This document shows, one piece after another, positions 1-8,129 of a stretch of 64,000 nucleotides of DNA. The notes under the pieces are model-generated. The model ran no database searches, was not told the origin of the DNA, and worked only from the letters and a program-made list of their open reading frames with translations. Position 1 is the stretch's first letter. Every line of letters begins with the position of its first letter. Source of the stretch: Vulcanimicrobiales bacterium (GTDB taxonomy: Bacteria > Vulcanimicrobiota > Vulcanimicrobiia > Vulcanimicrobiales > Vulcanimicrobiaceae); the NCBI GenBank assembly GCA_038231455.1, contig JBBRLI010000008.1, forward strand, positions 1 through 64,000. The letters run 5' to 3'. A program made the position numbers and the translations under genes.

Positions 1-893
1 CTGCATTTATGAGCCGCGCTTTGCGCGGCGATACGCCAGGATATCCAAGATTTCGTGCATCAAAAAGGTACGATACATTTTCATATCCGCACGGTTCTCG
101 TGCAATCAAAATTTTCGAGAAGACGTTAAAATTCCCAAAAGATATTGGTTATGTGAAGTACAAAAAATCTGGCCGTGCGATGCCCGAAAAGTTTGGTGTT
201 GTTCGCATATCGAGATCGTGTGGCAAGTGGTATGCCTGTTTCGAGCATGTAATTGAAGCAAAAATTCTCACGCCAACTTCAAAAGAAGTTGGCGTTGATG
301 TTGGTGTATCAAATTTTGCGGCATTGAGCGACGGCACATTCGTGCCGTCGCAATTCTTCAATCGAAAAGGAAATACCGAGTTTCATCATCAGCGCGTATC
401 ACGTACAAAGAAAAAATCAAAACGTCGCCGCAAGGCCGTTCTTTTGCTTCAAAAATCGTACGCACGCGAGCGAAATCGCAGACTTGATTTTTCTCACAAG
501 CAATCTCGATTGCTTGTGAATTCGTACGATTTCATCGCGTTAGAAGATCTGAAGATTTTGAACATGGTTCGTAGTGCGAAAGGCACGATTGCCGAACCAG
601 GCAAAAAAGTTTCCCAAAAAGCCGGTTTGAATCGTTCGATTCAAGATGCTTCGTGGGGAAAATTCGCGAATATGCTCGTTTACAAAGCGGAAGAGGCTGG
701 TAGGCAAGTTGTGTTTGTGAATCCAAAAAACACATCGCAGATGTGTTTTGATTGCAAGTTTGTATCGAAAGAGAACAGGAAATCGCAAAGCGATTTCCTG
801 TGTACGAAGTGTGGTCATCGTGATCATGCCGATATAAATGCTGCGAGGAATATTTTAGAACGAGCCCGGTTAGGGCTTGCAGAATCTGCCTAG
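1..893 (+). CDS. tnpB: TnpB RNA-guided endonuclease (IS200/IS605-type); probably 5'-truncated by the window edge (ORF track starts at 9)
   Basis: GYPRFR motif, RuvC-I VGVDVG, RuvC-II IALEDL, zinc ribbon CFDC..CTKC, RuvC-III HADINAARNI; frame open to the window edge; AT-rich relative to the rest of the window. Confidence 0.93.
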   Translation, partial: AFMSRALRGDTPGYPRFRASKRYDTFSYPHGSRAIKIFEKTLKFPKDIGYVKYKKSGRAMPEKFGVVRISRSCGKWYACFEHVIEAKILTPTSKEVGVDVGVSNFAALSDGTFVPSQFFNRKGNTEFHHQRVSRTKKKSKRRRKAVLLLQKSYARERNRRLDFSHKQSRLLVNSYDFIALEDLKILNMVRSAKGTIAEPGKKVSQKAGLNRSIQDASWGKFANMLVYKAEEAGRQVVFVNPKNTSQMCFDCKFVSKENRKSQSDFLCTKCGHRDHADINAARNILERARLGLAESA

Positions 894-948
894 CAGATTC
901 TGCGAATTCGCTTTCAAAGTCTCACAATGCAACGTGAGAAATTTTCAA
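862..948 (+). ncRNA. Putative TnpB omegaRNA/right-end scaffold
   Basis: Consecutive hairpins overlapping the tnpB 3' end (862-878, 879-903, 920-939) and candidate TCAA right-end motifs at 914-917 and 945-948. Confidence 0.5.
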
Positions 949-998
949 CCACGATGGTTGAAAAACGGCGAAATAACATACGCAGAAACGGACCATCA

Positions 999-1320
999 GT
1001 GAACAAGTACCTCAAGTTCTTCCTCGACTTTTTCAAGCCGGTAGTCGAAGCCGAAATCGCGCAACTCAAAAGCGAATCGCGACGCGAACATCGCCTCGAT
1101 CGAAGCGGCCGTCAGCTCCGGCACGAACACCGTCGAAGGCGCCGCCACGGCGTTTCTGGCGAAGTCGGCGTCGGCCGGTCCGCTCGCGATCGTTGTCCCG
1201 TTCTTCGAGGGCCCGCTGCTCGGGTACGTCGCCGGTCTCGTGCAAAAAGGAACGAATACCGTTCCGGCACTGTACGATGAGGCGGTCGCGTTCCTCGAAA
1301 AAGAAGAAGCTTACCTGTAA
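999..1320 (+). pseudogene. Small amphipathic/membrane protein gene (~106 aa) with one frameshift; phage-like
   Basis: GTG at 999 gives MNKYLKFFLDFFKPVVEAEIAQLK; removing one A from AAAA (1068-1071) continues ANRDANIASIEAAV...FLEKEEAYL to TAA 1320; terminator follows. Confidence 0.6.
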
Positions 1321-1356
1321 GGGAATCCGTTTCAGCGACAGCCTAGACCACCTACG

Positions 1357-1397
1357 AAAGCCCGCTCTCCGGACCTCACCCGGGGCGCGGGCTTTTT
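1357..1397 (+). terminator. Intrinsic terminator
   Basis: AAAGCCCGC...GCGGGCTTTTT stem-loop with T-tract. Confidence 0.75.
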
Positions 1398-1424
1398 GCG
1401 TTTTCGACCGCTGCCACGAATAGG

Positions 1425-1448
1425 AAAAGGGCGCTCGTTAGAACGCCC
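1425..1448 (-). terminator. Intrinsic terminator, minus strand
   Basis: Minus strand GGGCGTTC-TAAC-GAGCGCCC-TTTT; the G.U pair only works on the minus strand. Confidence 0.6.
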
Positions 1449-1548
1449 CGCCCTGGGAGTGGTAGCTCGACTGTCGGGCTCATGATAACACGAGAGACGA
1501 CCCCGATCAAGAAAACAGCCCCGGGGCGTCACTCCCGAGGCTGTGGTG

Positions 1549-1616
1549 TGGAGAGTACGGGGATCGAACCCGTCTAGCAAGATTGACAGTCGAGCTACCT
1601 CACCAGAGGACTCCCC
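1549..1616 (-). ncRNA. Non-canonical tRNA-like RNA (68 nt)
   Basis: GGGGAGT/ACTCTCC acceptor stem plus A73; CCTC-TGGT-GAGG mini D-arm; TAGC..GA-CTGTCAA-TC..GCTA anticodon arm; ACGGG-TTCGATC-CCCGT T-arm. Confidence 0.7.
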
Positions 1617-1764
1617 TCGACACGACTATCTTCGCATGCGGGAGTGCCCACTGGGTGGCATTTCGTTGTGGTCAATTCGCGTACAATAGCGCGGTAAATG
1701 TGTTCGCTATGAGCAACAGGACGCACAAGTTTCACGAGGAACAGGACTTCCGTGCGGCCTCGGT

Positions 1765-1814
1765 GCTGATTCGTAATCAGCAGGTCAGCGGTTCAAATCC
1801 GCTCGTCGGCTCCA
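1765..1814 (+). mobile_element. attR-like 3' fragment of tRNA-Thr(CGT); right boundary of an integrated element
   Basis: GCTGA-TTCGTAA-TCAGC anticodon arm, AGCGG-TTCAAAT-CCGCT T-arm, CGTCGGC-T-CCA; 5' acceptor strand and D-arm absent upstream. Confidence 0.85.
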
Positions 1815-1821
1815 GTTTAAG

Positions 1822-1843
1822 ACCCCGCACAAGCGGGGTTTTT
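1822..1843 (+). terminator. Intrinsic terminator of the original tRNA gene
   Basis: ACCCCGC-ACAA-GCGGGGT-TTTT. Confidence 0.8.
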
Positions 1844-1993
1844 CATTTTATACCACCAGGTCGGCCCATGCACTCGGCAGGATTGTCGCTTATTTGTGCG
1901 TTGCGGCGATTCCGCGCGCGATCATTCGATTGCTGCCCTTTTGAGTGAATGCGTGGGCTCCGGACTCGCTGTCTCGGAAGAACTCGTCGATGG

Positions 1994-3682
1994 TTACGTG
2001 GCGGCACCGAGGACGCTGTCGGGCCGGAGTTCGTGGCGCCATTCGGCCGCTTCGATTGAATCATAGGCATTCGCGGCAGCGACGGCGCCGCGTTCGAGCA
2101 GTGCGCGTTCTTGCGGGTCGATCGTGAGGTCGCCCGGTCGATGACCGTAGAAGACGATCCCCATCACGCGATGTCGCCGCACGATCGGAATCGCGATATC
2201 CGGTCGCAAATCGCCGTGCGGAAAATCCGCGCAATCGATTCCGGCCGCCGCGAGCATCACGGTCCGCTCGTGCGCACGCATCGTAAGCGCCAGCACGTGA
2301 TCGCGCGGAAGGTCGATCGCAGCGTTTTCCCATCCGATCGCCGATGTACGCGTCAATCCCGCATCGTTGAACGAGCGAAAGAGTGCCGCGGAGCGCAGAC
2401 CAAGGATCGCGCACCATTCACGTGTGATGATGTCATCGACGGTTGCCGGCGATTCTGCGTAGTCGAGGGCGACGATTAGCTCTGCGACGCGCTGCATCGC
2501 GCGGTGTCGTTCGCGAAAGAGTGTGCGTTCGACGAATCGTCCCACGCGTTCGTGCAACGAATTGAGCCCAACACCGAAGGCGATCGTCACCAGCGCTTCG
2601 AGTGCCGTCGCCAGACGCGTTTGACTGAGGAGTCGGCTCGCGAGCCAATCGACGACTGCGACGCCAACGACGATGGTCGTCGTGAGAATACCGTACACGA
2701 GCGTCCGATTGATCGCGAATCCGATATCAATCACACGATGTCGCAACACCGTATACGCGACCGAAAGAGTCAGTGCCGCGGTGCCGATGACTTGCAATGC
2801 GGCTGATGCATAAAAGTCATGAACGAAAAGGACCATGACCGCCGCGCCCGCCGATACGACGGACCCGACGAGCACCCACGAGAGCTGACGGCGCGTTGCT
2901 CCACCGGCGGCCGCGTAGCGAAGAGAAACGATGACGATAAGGACGATCGTTCCGATCACGCCAAGCGGCACGATCAGCGTCTTGAGGATGTGGGGGGGAA
3001 CGATGAGGCCACCGATGACGGCCAGGACGAGCACCGCATCCGCGACGTGCATGGCGATGACGCCGAGCGGGGCTGTCGGCGGCGTCGGAAACCGGATGGC
3101 GAAGGTGATGATGGCCACGGCAGGCAGGGCGTTCGTGAGGATGTACGACGCCTGTTGCAGCAAGCCGCGTAAAGTCTCGTTATCAATCCACCCAAGGCCA
3201 ATGACGAGCGGGGTTCCGGGGATTGCGTAAGCACAGTACATGGCGAACGTAAGCGCCATCGCGCTTGGACGCCGGAGGAGAAGAACGATCGCCACCGTCA
3301 AAGCGATCAGCATCTCGAAACAGACGAACAGTAACGGAATATAATTGAATCCGGCCGCCCGGCCAAGAACGACAGGAGCCGCCGTAACCAAATAAGGCCG
3401 GCCCGAAGCGTCGATCAGCGAGTACCGCACCGGTCGGTAAACGCTGCCGAACAATTGATCGAAATACCCAACACGCGAAAGTCCCCGCATATCGAATCGG
3501 TCACCGATGCGCACGCGTGTGACCGCCGGATCGTGGCTATTCACCGCACGCACGCGCTCCGTCGTCAGCTCGATTCTGATCGGCACGCGTGCTGGGATAA
3601 AGAACGGCGCCCAGATCGAGCCAACCGCGCTGAGAACGAGGAACACGGCAAAAACACGGCACGCAAAGGGCATCAGACGCAT
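1994..3682 (-). CDS. Multi-pass membrane sensor-like protein with C-terminal GAF-like domain
   Basis: Several hydrophobic helices; YTVLRHRVIDIGFAINR..VY and ..FRER motifs typical of 7TM sensor N-termini; GAF-like IAIPIV..GIVFYG; no kinase or cyclase domain. Confidence 0.7.
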   Translation of the reverse strand: MRLMPFACRVFAVFLVLSAVGSIWAPFFIPARVPIRIELTTERVRAVNSHDPAVTRVRIGDRFDMRGLSRVGYFDQLFGSVYRPVRYSLIDASGRPYLVTAAPVVLGRAAGFNYIPLLFVCFEMLIALTVAIVLLLRRPSAMALTFAMYCAYAIPGTPLVIGLGWIDNETLRGLLQQASYILTNALPAVAIITFAIRFPTPPTAPLGVIAMHVADAVLVLAVIGGLIVPPHILKTLIVPLGVIGTIVLIVIVSLRYAAAGGATRRQLSWVLVGSVVSAGAAVMVLFVHDFYASAALQVIGTAALTLSVAYTVLRHRVIDIGFAINRTLVYGILTTTIVVGVAVVDWLASRLLSQTRLATALEALVTIAFGVGLNSLHERVGRFVERTLFRERHRAMQRVAELIVALDYAESPATVDDIITREWCAILGLRSAALFRSFNDAGLTRTSAIGWENAAIDLPRDHVLALTMRAHERTVMLAAAGIDCADFPHGDLRPDIAIPIVRRHRVMGIVFYGHRPGDLTIDPQERALLERGAVAAANAYDSIEAAEWRHELRPDSVLGAAT

Positions 3683-3832
3683 GACCGCTTACGAATCTGG
3701 AGCGCGCCCAAGACCGCCTTGGATGAGTTCAACTCGCGCCGAATCGACCGGTCCTCAGTTTGACGATCGGATCGGAGGGGTTGGCGGACCAATCCCGTTC
3801 TTGACTCGATGTAGTGCCGATCGTGTTGCGAA

Positions 3833-4477
3833 TTACGCGGTGAATGAGGCAATCAGGTTCCGCTCTCGATAACACGTCCACCATGCCGCGCCATCGGTTG
3901 CCAGTCCTCGTGCGTCGACATCCATCGCGGCGACTATTTGAGGCGTCGCACCTTCGCGATTGAGATCCAGCGTCGCGAACTCGAGCACGTCGAATTCTTT
4001 ATCCGCGGTAATCATGTAGAAGATGCCACCGGTAAACGCTGCGCCGGCGCAGCGCGTGGTGAACGGGATCGTTCGTACGATTGAACCATCGGGACCGAGT
4101 TCGAGCATCTGCCGATGCGTTTGCTGCACGAGGTAAAGCGAATGGCCGTCGGTCGTGAGGTGTGACCCAGTCAAGTCGGGACATGGGATCCGGGCTTCCT
4201 CACGAACGGGCGATCCGGAGGCGAACCGGTAGATGTATCGATCGTCGTCTTCGTTGACCGATACGACTACGTGAAACGCTCGGTCGAAGAACGCGATACC
4301 ATACGGGATACCCGGCGTCTCGATTCGCTCGGCGACCGTCCAGGACGCGACATCAATCGCGTAGATCGCTTTATCGTCCCAACATCCAACATAGAGTCGG
4401 CCGTCATTGAGACAGAGTGGTTGCGGACGTCCCCCGGGAGCCGACCGAGTTACGAGGTTCGCGAGCGAATGTTCCAC
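3833..4477 (-). CDS. Hypothetical beta-propeller-like protein (start probably GTG 4477; ORF open to 4582)
   Basis: Repeated motifs PQPLCLNDGRLYV, PYGIAF, HLTTDGHSLYLV, RGLATDG. Confidence 0.6.
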   Translation of the reverse strand: MEHSLANLVTRSAPGGRPQPLCLNDGRLYVGCWDDKAIYAIDVASWTVAERIETPGIPYGIAFFDRAFHVVVSVNEDDDRYIYRFASGSPVREEARIPCPDLTGSHLTTDGHSLYLVQQTHRQMLELGPDGSIVRTIPFTTRCAGAAFTGGIFYMITADKEFDVLEFATLDLNREGATPQIVAAMDVDARGLATDGAAWWTCYRERNLIASFTA

Positions 4478-4515
4478 GTAAAGTAGCGTGCGCGAACGCC
4501 CTGCGACCTCCTGCG

Positions 4516-5091
4516 CTATCGCAGGTCTGCTGCTTCCCATGCAGACTTGTATCTCATGAGTTGCTCCTGACGCGCCTGACATTCAGCTCCGCGTTCGTCG
4601 CCGAAAAATTGCACGAGGCAAAACGTGTACTGCTGAATCGCGCGGTCTATCTTTGCCTCCCAATCGGCGCGCTTATAGCGTGCAATGAGAACCTCCGCGT
4701 CCATAATTCGCGCCGCTGCGAGGTTCAGAATTTTCCCATCCTTGCATCCGGGGGAACTCTTCTGCATCAATCTGATCGAGCGTGCTTCGCGATTCAACGC
4801 GCCGCGAAATTGGTCCGGCGAATCGTTGGTTCGTTGGGGCTTACTTACTCGGTATTCGAGATCGAGCAGGTCGTAATGAATGTTGCGAGAGCTTGCGTCG
4901 ACCAAATCGCACGAGGCTTTCTGTAGCGACGCGGCCTTGTCTGCCGGAGAATCCGCGAGCGCAGGCGAATTTTGGAGTAAGAACAACACCGACACCACCA
5001 GTGAGAGCGAGCAAATCGCTGCAAGGGGCGTCGAATGTCTATCGTTCCGATCCCGCGACTGTCGTCCGCTGCTAGCGCGCGAGCGCGACAC
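4516..5091 (-). CDS. Hypothetical secreted Cys-containing helical protein (start uncertain)
   Basis: Hydrophobic signal-like stretch ending ALA-D; four Cys in the mature part. Confidence 0.5.
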   Translation of the reverse strand: MSRSRASSGRQSRDRNDRHSTPLAAICSLSLVVSVLFLLQNSPALADSPADKAASLQKASCDLVDASSRNIHYDLLDLEYRVSKPQRTNDSPDQFRGALNREARSIRLMQKSSPGCKDGKILNLAAARIMDAEVLIARYKRADWEAKIDRAIQQYTFCLVQFFGDERGAECQARQEQLMRYKSAWEAADLR

Positions 5092-7624
5092 TTTGTTCCG
5101 CTCGTTTGCGCAAAGCCGGATCCTGCGAAACGATCGCCGCGACGTGCGAGCGCCGATTCACGGATAGTTTGTCAAAAATTGCCGCGAGGTGTTTCTCCAC
5201 GGTCTTTGCGCTCACGAACAGGCGCGCGGCGATCTCGCGATTCGTCGCCCCCATGCCAATGAGGTAGGCAACGTCGACCTCGCGGCCGCTCAACCGCGCG
5301 CAGGGGGAGACGACATCGGGAAGTTCGCTTGCGCGGCGGACGATAAGTTCCGCTGCCATGCGAGGGGGCATCATCCGACCGCGGCTCTGCGCATCTCGAT
5401 ACGTTTCTTCGCCGAGCACGCGGCGGGCATGCGAGCGCACCGCATCGAGGATCGAAACCGCGGAGAGATCTGTCGGTACTTTCGAGCGTTCGCGCTCGCG
5501 ATCGACGACGCACAGGAGTACGACCGCATCGTCGCACCGGTCGAGCGCATCGAGGGCGCAAGCGGCGTCCTCGATCATCTCTTTCATGTGAACGGGCGCG
5601 TCACGCCCGCCGAGTTCGATGATACCGCGCGCAAACCAACGCAGCGCAGCGCGAGGATCGCCAGCCTGTGTCGAACAGAACCCCGCCGCGGAATATACGG
5701 CGACGCGATTCCAGGTCCCGACGCCGTCGCTCTCGGCGACTTCGAGTGCGCGTGCGATGTAGGACATCGCCCGCTCGTGTTCCGTCGCCTTCGTCGCAAG
5801 GCACGCACGATTGCGCCAGTAGTTCGCGTCGCCCGATGGTTGTCGAGGAAAGGTTTCAATGAGATCGTACTGGGTTTTTGCGCGTTCGAGGTCGCCCGTC
5901 GCGATCGCGACGTTGCCCCAGTTGCGGTTTGCGAGATACCACGCCTGCGTATTTGGCGCGGCGCTACCTGCGAGTTGCTCGTTGAGTTTGAACGCCTTAT
6001 CGTATTCGGCGCTTTCGTAGTAAACAACGCCGAGATCGAGCGAGCAGGCGACGAGCGCGGAATCATCGCCGAGCGCACGCGCGCGCTCCACGGCTTCCAT
6101 GAGAATCGCCTCCGCAAGCTCTAGTTCGTGGAGTTGTACGAGATGGGTCCCTAGCGAGCGGAGATACGCGAGGACGCGTTCGGGCGGGGCGTTCGGTTCG
6201 AACAGCGCGCCGAGGGCAATGAGGATGTCGGCCGCCTCGCGATCCAGCCCTTCGTCTTTCCAAAAATAACGCAACGCTTCCATGATCTCAAGCGAAGCGA
6301 TGGGATCTCGCGCCGCCCATGCGGTCACAGCGCGACGAATCGTCGGAAGCCGCAGGCGGAGATACCGCTTGTCCTCGGGTGTGTAATATTCTTCGACCGA
6401 CGCCGTTCGGACAAGAAGTGCGTCACGCACGGCGCGCAGCGTTTCACGCTCGAGCATCGCGATGTCGTACGCCGATTCGCATTCTGCGCGGGCGTAGGCG
6501 TACGTGCTTTCGAGATACCGGAAGATCGTTTCGCCGGCGATTTCTTCGGCTTGGACGATCGAACGGTCGACCAGGCGCGGCATGAGTTCGAGCGCTTCAT
6601 CGCCGCCCACCATCCGAGCCGTATCCATCGACCACCGTCGATCGAAGACCGAAAGCCGCAGCGCAAGTTGCCGCTCGCGCGGCTCCATGAGCGCAAAGCT
6701 CGCCGCGATCTGCTCGCGTAAGAGTGCTTCTCCGTGGACCGTCGGATTTGCGCGAAGGTGTGCGAGAAGCTCGCCGATGGAAAAGAACCGGATCTGCGCG
6801 GCCGCGAGTTCGAGCGCGAGTGGCATGCCGTCGAGCAGGGTGCACAGTGCCGAGAGCTCCGCGACGTTGTCTTCCGTTACGCGAAAGGCCGGTCGCGCGA
6901 AGATCGCGCGCTCGACGAAGAATGCGATTGCGGGCGCACGCGCGACGTACGCCGGCGCTTGGACGACCAGCGGCAATTCTAACGGTGCGATCACGAAGAC
7001 ACGGCCTTCGACGGTTAAACGAACGCGGCTCGTGACAAGCATGGTTAGCTGTCGATGCGTCACGCGCGTTTCGGTGATTGCCGTCGCGACCGCATCGGCA
7101 ACGTGCTCGACGTTATCGATGACGAGGAGACCATCGTCGCTTGCCGATTCGGCTACAGCCCCCGCGATCGCACGCGCGATTCCGTTGGCATCGAGCGACG
7201 CGGCTTCAATGTAACAGACGCCCCCGGGAAGCCCGCTCGCCGTCGCGCGCGCGATCTCGATTGCGAGGCGCGTCTTCCCGACGCCCGGCGGGCCGGTGAG
7301 CACGACCGTTGCGCCGGAGACGATCTCCGCTGCGATCTCGGCGCGCTCACGTTCGCGACCGATGAAACGCGTAATGGGATGCGGGATTTCGTCCTGCTTC
7401 GGCGTTTGCGGCGTGGACTGCCAGAGAGCAACGCGAAATGCCGCAAGTAGCGTATCACCGGGTTCACGCCCGATCTCGCGCAGTGCGCGTTCGCAGCGTT
7501 GGTAGCAGTGAATCGCTTCACCGCGACGGTCTGCATCCGAAAACGCGCGCACGGCGCGCACGGCAAGTTCCTCGTCGGCCGGCGCCGCCTCGGAGGCGGC
7601 CGCCAGCGCGACTACATCGATCAC
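5072..7624 (-). CDS. STAND (NB-ARC/AfsR-like) ATPase-TPR-LuxR HTH regulator with partial BTAD N-terminus
   Basis: RFIGRERE, Walker A GPPGVGKT, Walker B LLVIDNVEH, VTSR, LDGMPLALELAA, TPR-like helices, LuxR LSGREVDV..G.TNREIAARLFVSAKTVEKH. Confidence 0.92.
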   Translation of the reverse strand: MIDVVALAAASEAAPADEELAVRAVRAFSDADRRGEAIHCYQRCERALREIGREPGDTLLAAFRVALWQSTPQTPKQDEIPHPITRFIGRERERAEIAAEIVSGATVVLTGPPGVGKTRLAIEIARATASGLPGGVCYIEAASLDANGIARAIAGAVAESASDDGLLVIDNVEHVADAVATAITETRVTHRQLTMLVTSRVRLTVEGRVFVIAPLELPLVVQAPAYVARAPAIAFFVERAIFARPAFRVTEDNVAELSALCTLLDGMPLALELAAAQIRFFSIGELLAHLRANPTVHGEALLREQIAASFALMEPRERQLALRLSVFDRRWSMDTARMVGGDEALELMPRLVDRSIVQAEEIAGETIFRYLESTYAYARAECESAYDIAMLERETLRAVRDALLVRTASVEEYYTPEDKRYLRLRLPTIRRAVTAWAARDPIASLEIMEALRYFWKDEGLDREAADILIALGALFEPNAPPERVLAYLRSLGTHLVQLHELELAEAILMEAVERARALGDDSALVACSLDLGVVYYESAEYDKAFKLNEQLAGSAAPNTQAWYLANRNWGNVAIATGDLERAKTQYDLIETFPRQPSGDANYWRNRACLATKATEHERAMSYIARALEVAESDGVGTWNRVAVYSAAGFCSTQAGDPRAALRWFARGIIELGGRDAPVHMKEMIEDAACALDALDRCDDAVVLLCVVDRERERSKVPTDLSAVSILDAVRSHARRVLGEETYRDAQSRGRMMPPRMAAELIVRRASELPDVVSPCARLSGREVDVAYLIGMGATNREIAARLFVSAKTVEKHLAAIFDKLSVNRRSHVAAIVSQDPALRKRAEQSVALAR

Positions 7625-7914
7625 GGTGATTCGACGGTCCGCAACAGCGCGGAGATTTCCGTTGCGAGTCTCCGCTGGAATTCGGGGACGTGCGAGAGGG
7701 CGATCATCCGCGCCACGATTCGCAGGTGTAAGGCGTCCGAAGAGTCGGCGGTCATGACCGCGCGTTCGGCGAGGTGGGCGCGATCGACAAGAGTGGCCGT
7801 CCCAAGAGTCAAGAGCAAGCCGTACGCGCTTGCGTGAATCGGGTCAAGGATGCCTGCTCCCTGCAGCGCGTCGATATCCGCAGCGAGCGCGGTCAGGAAT
7901 TCCTGCGCTTCCAT
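7621..7914 (-). CDS. Small helical hypothetical protein coupled to the STAND regulator
   Basis: 97-aa ORF overlapping the regulator start by 4 nt. Confidence 0.6.
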   Translation of the reverse strand: MEAQEFLTALAADIDALQGAGILDPIHASAYGLLLTLGTATLVDRAHLAERAVMTADSSDALHLRIVARMIALSHVPEFQRRLATEISALLRTVESP

Positions 7915-7951
7915 GTGAGATAAGGATAGGCTGAGTCGCGGACGATCCTCT

Positions 7952-8067
7952 ATGGGGTAAATCCCTACGATTAGAAGATCGATCGTACGGTTTGTCGTTC
8001 GTCTCGCGAAGTCGGCACGCCAAACTCTTGGTCATCGACCAAATGACAATGTAGGGATTTCCCCCAT
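7952..8067. promoter_or_regulatory. Inverted pair of 17-bp operator-like sites in the divergent promoter region
   Basis: ATGGGGTAAATCCCTAC (7952-7968) and GTAGGGATTTCCCCCAT (8051-8067) match 16/17 as an inverted repeat. Confidence 0.65.
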
Positions 8068-8129
8068 GGGCGCGGCTTGCGGTTGCAGATAGTATGAGGT
8101 CGACTCCGTCCGTCCGCCAAGGAGAATCC

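Noticed and set aside
860-1000. CRISPR array next to a Cas12f-like nuclease
   Set aside because: Only one repeat-like unit; no repeat-spacer periodicity
1455-1495. tRNA-fMet remnant (GGTAGCTCG..TCGGGCTCAT..AAC)
   Set aside because: Needs insertions, has no T-arm, and is better explained as the complement of the minus-strand tRNA-like RNA
1549-1616. tmRNA gene
   Set aside because: Acceptor and T-arm are similar but there is no mRNA-like domain or tag frame; the central helix closes in a 7-nt loop
1739-1814. Complete tRNA-Thr gene
   Set aside because: No 5' acceptor strand or D-arm upstream of 1765; it is a fragment
927-1948. ORFs 927-1280, 1193-1423, 1332-1580 and 1583-1948
   Set aside because: Arg-rich off-frame text or overlapping terminators, the ncRNA and the att site; no recognisable motifs
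5072-7624. Avs-type antiphage STAND NTPase
   Set aside because: C-terminal LuxR HTH and BTAD remnant indicate a transcription regulator; no effector domain
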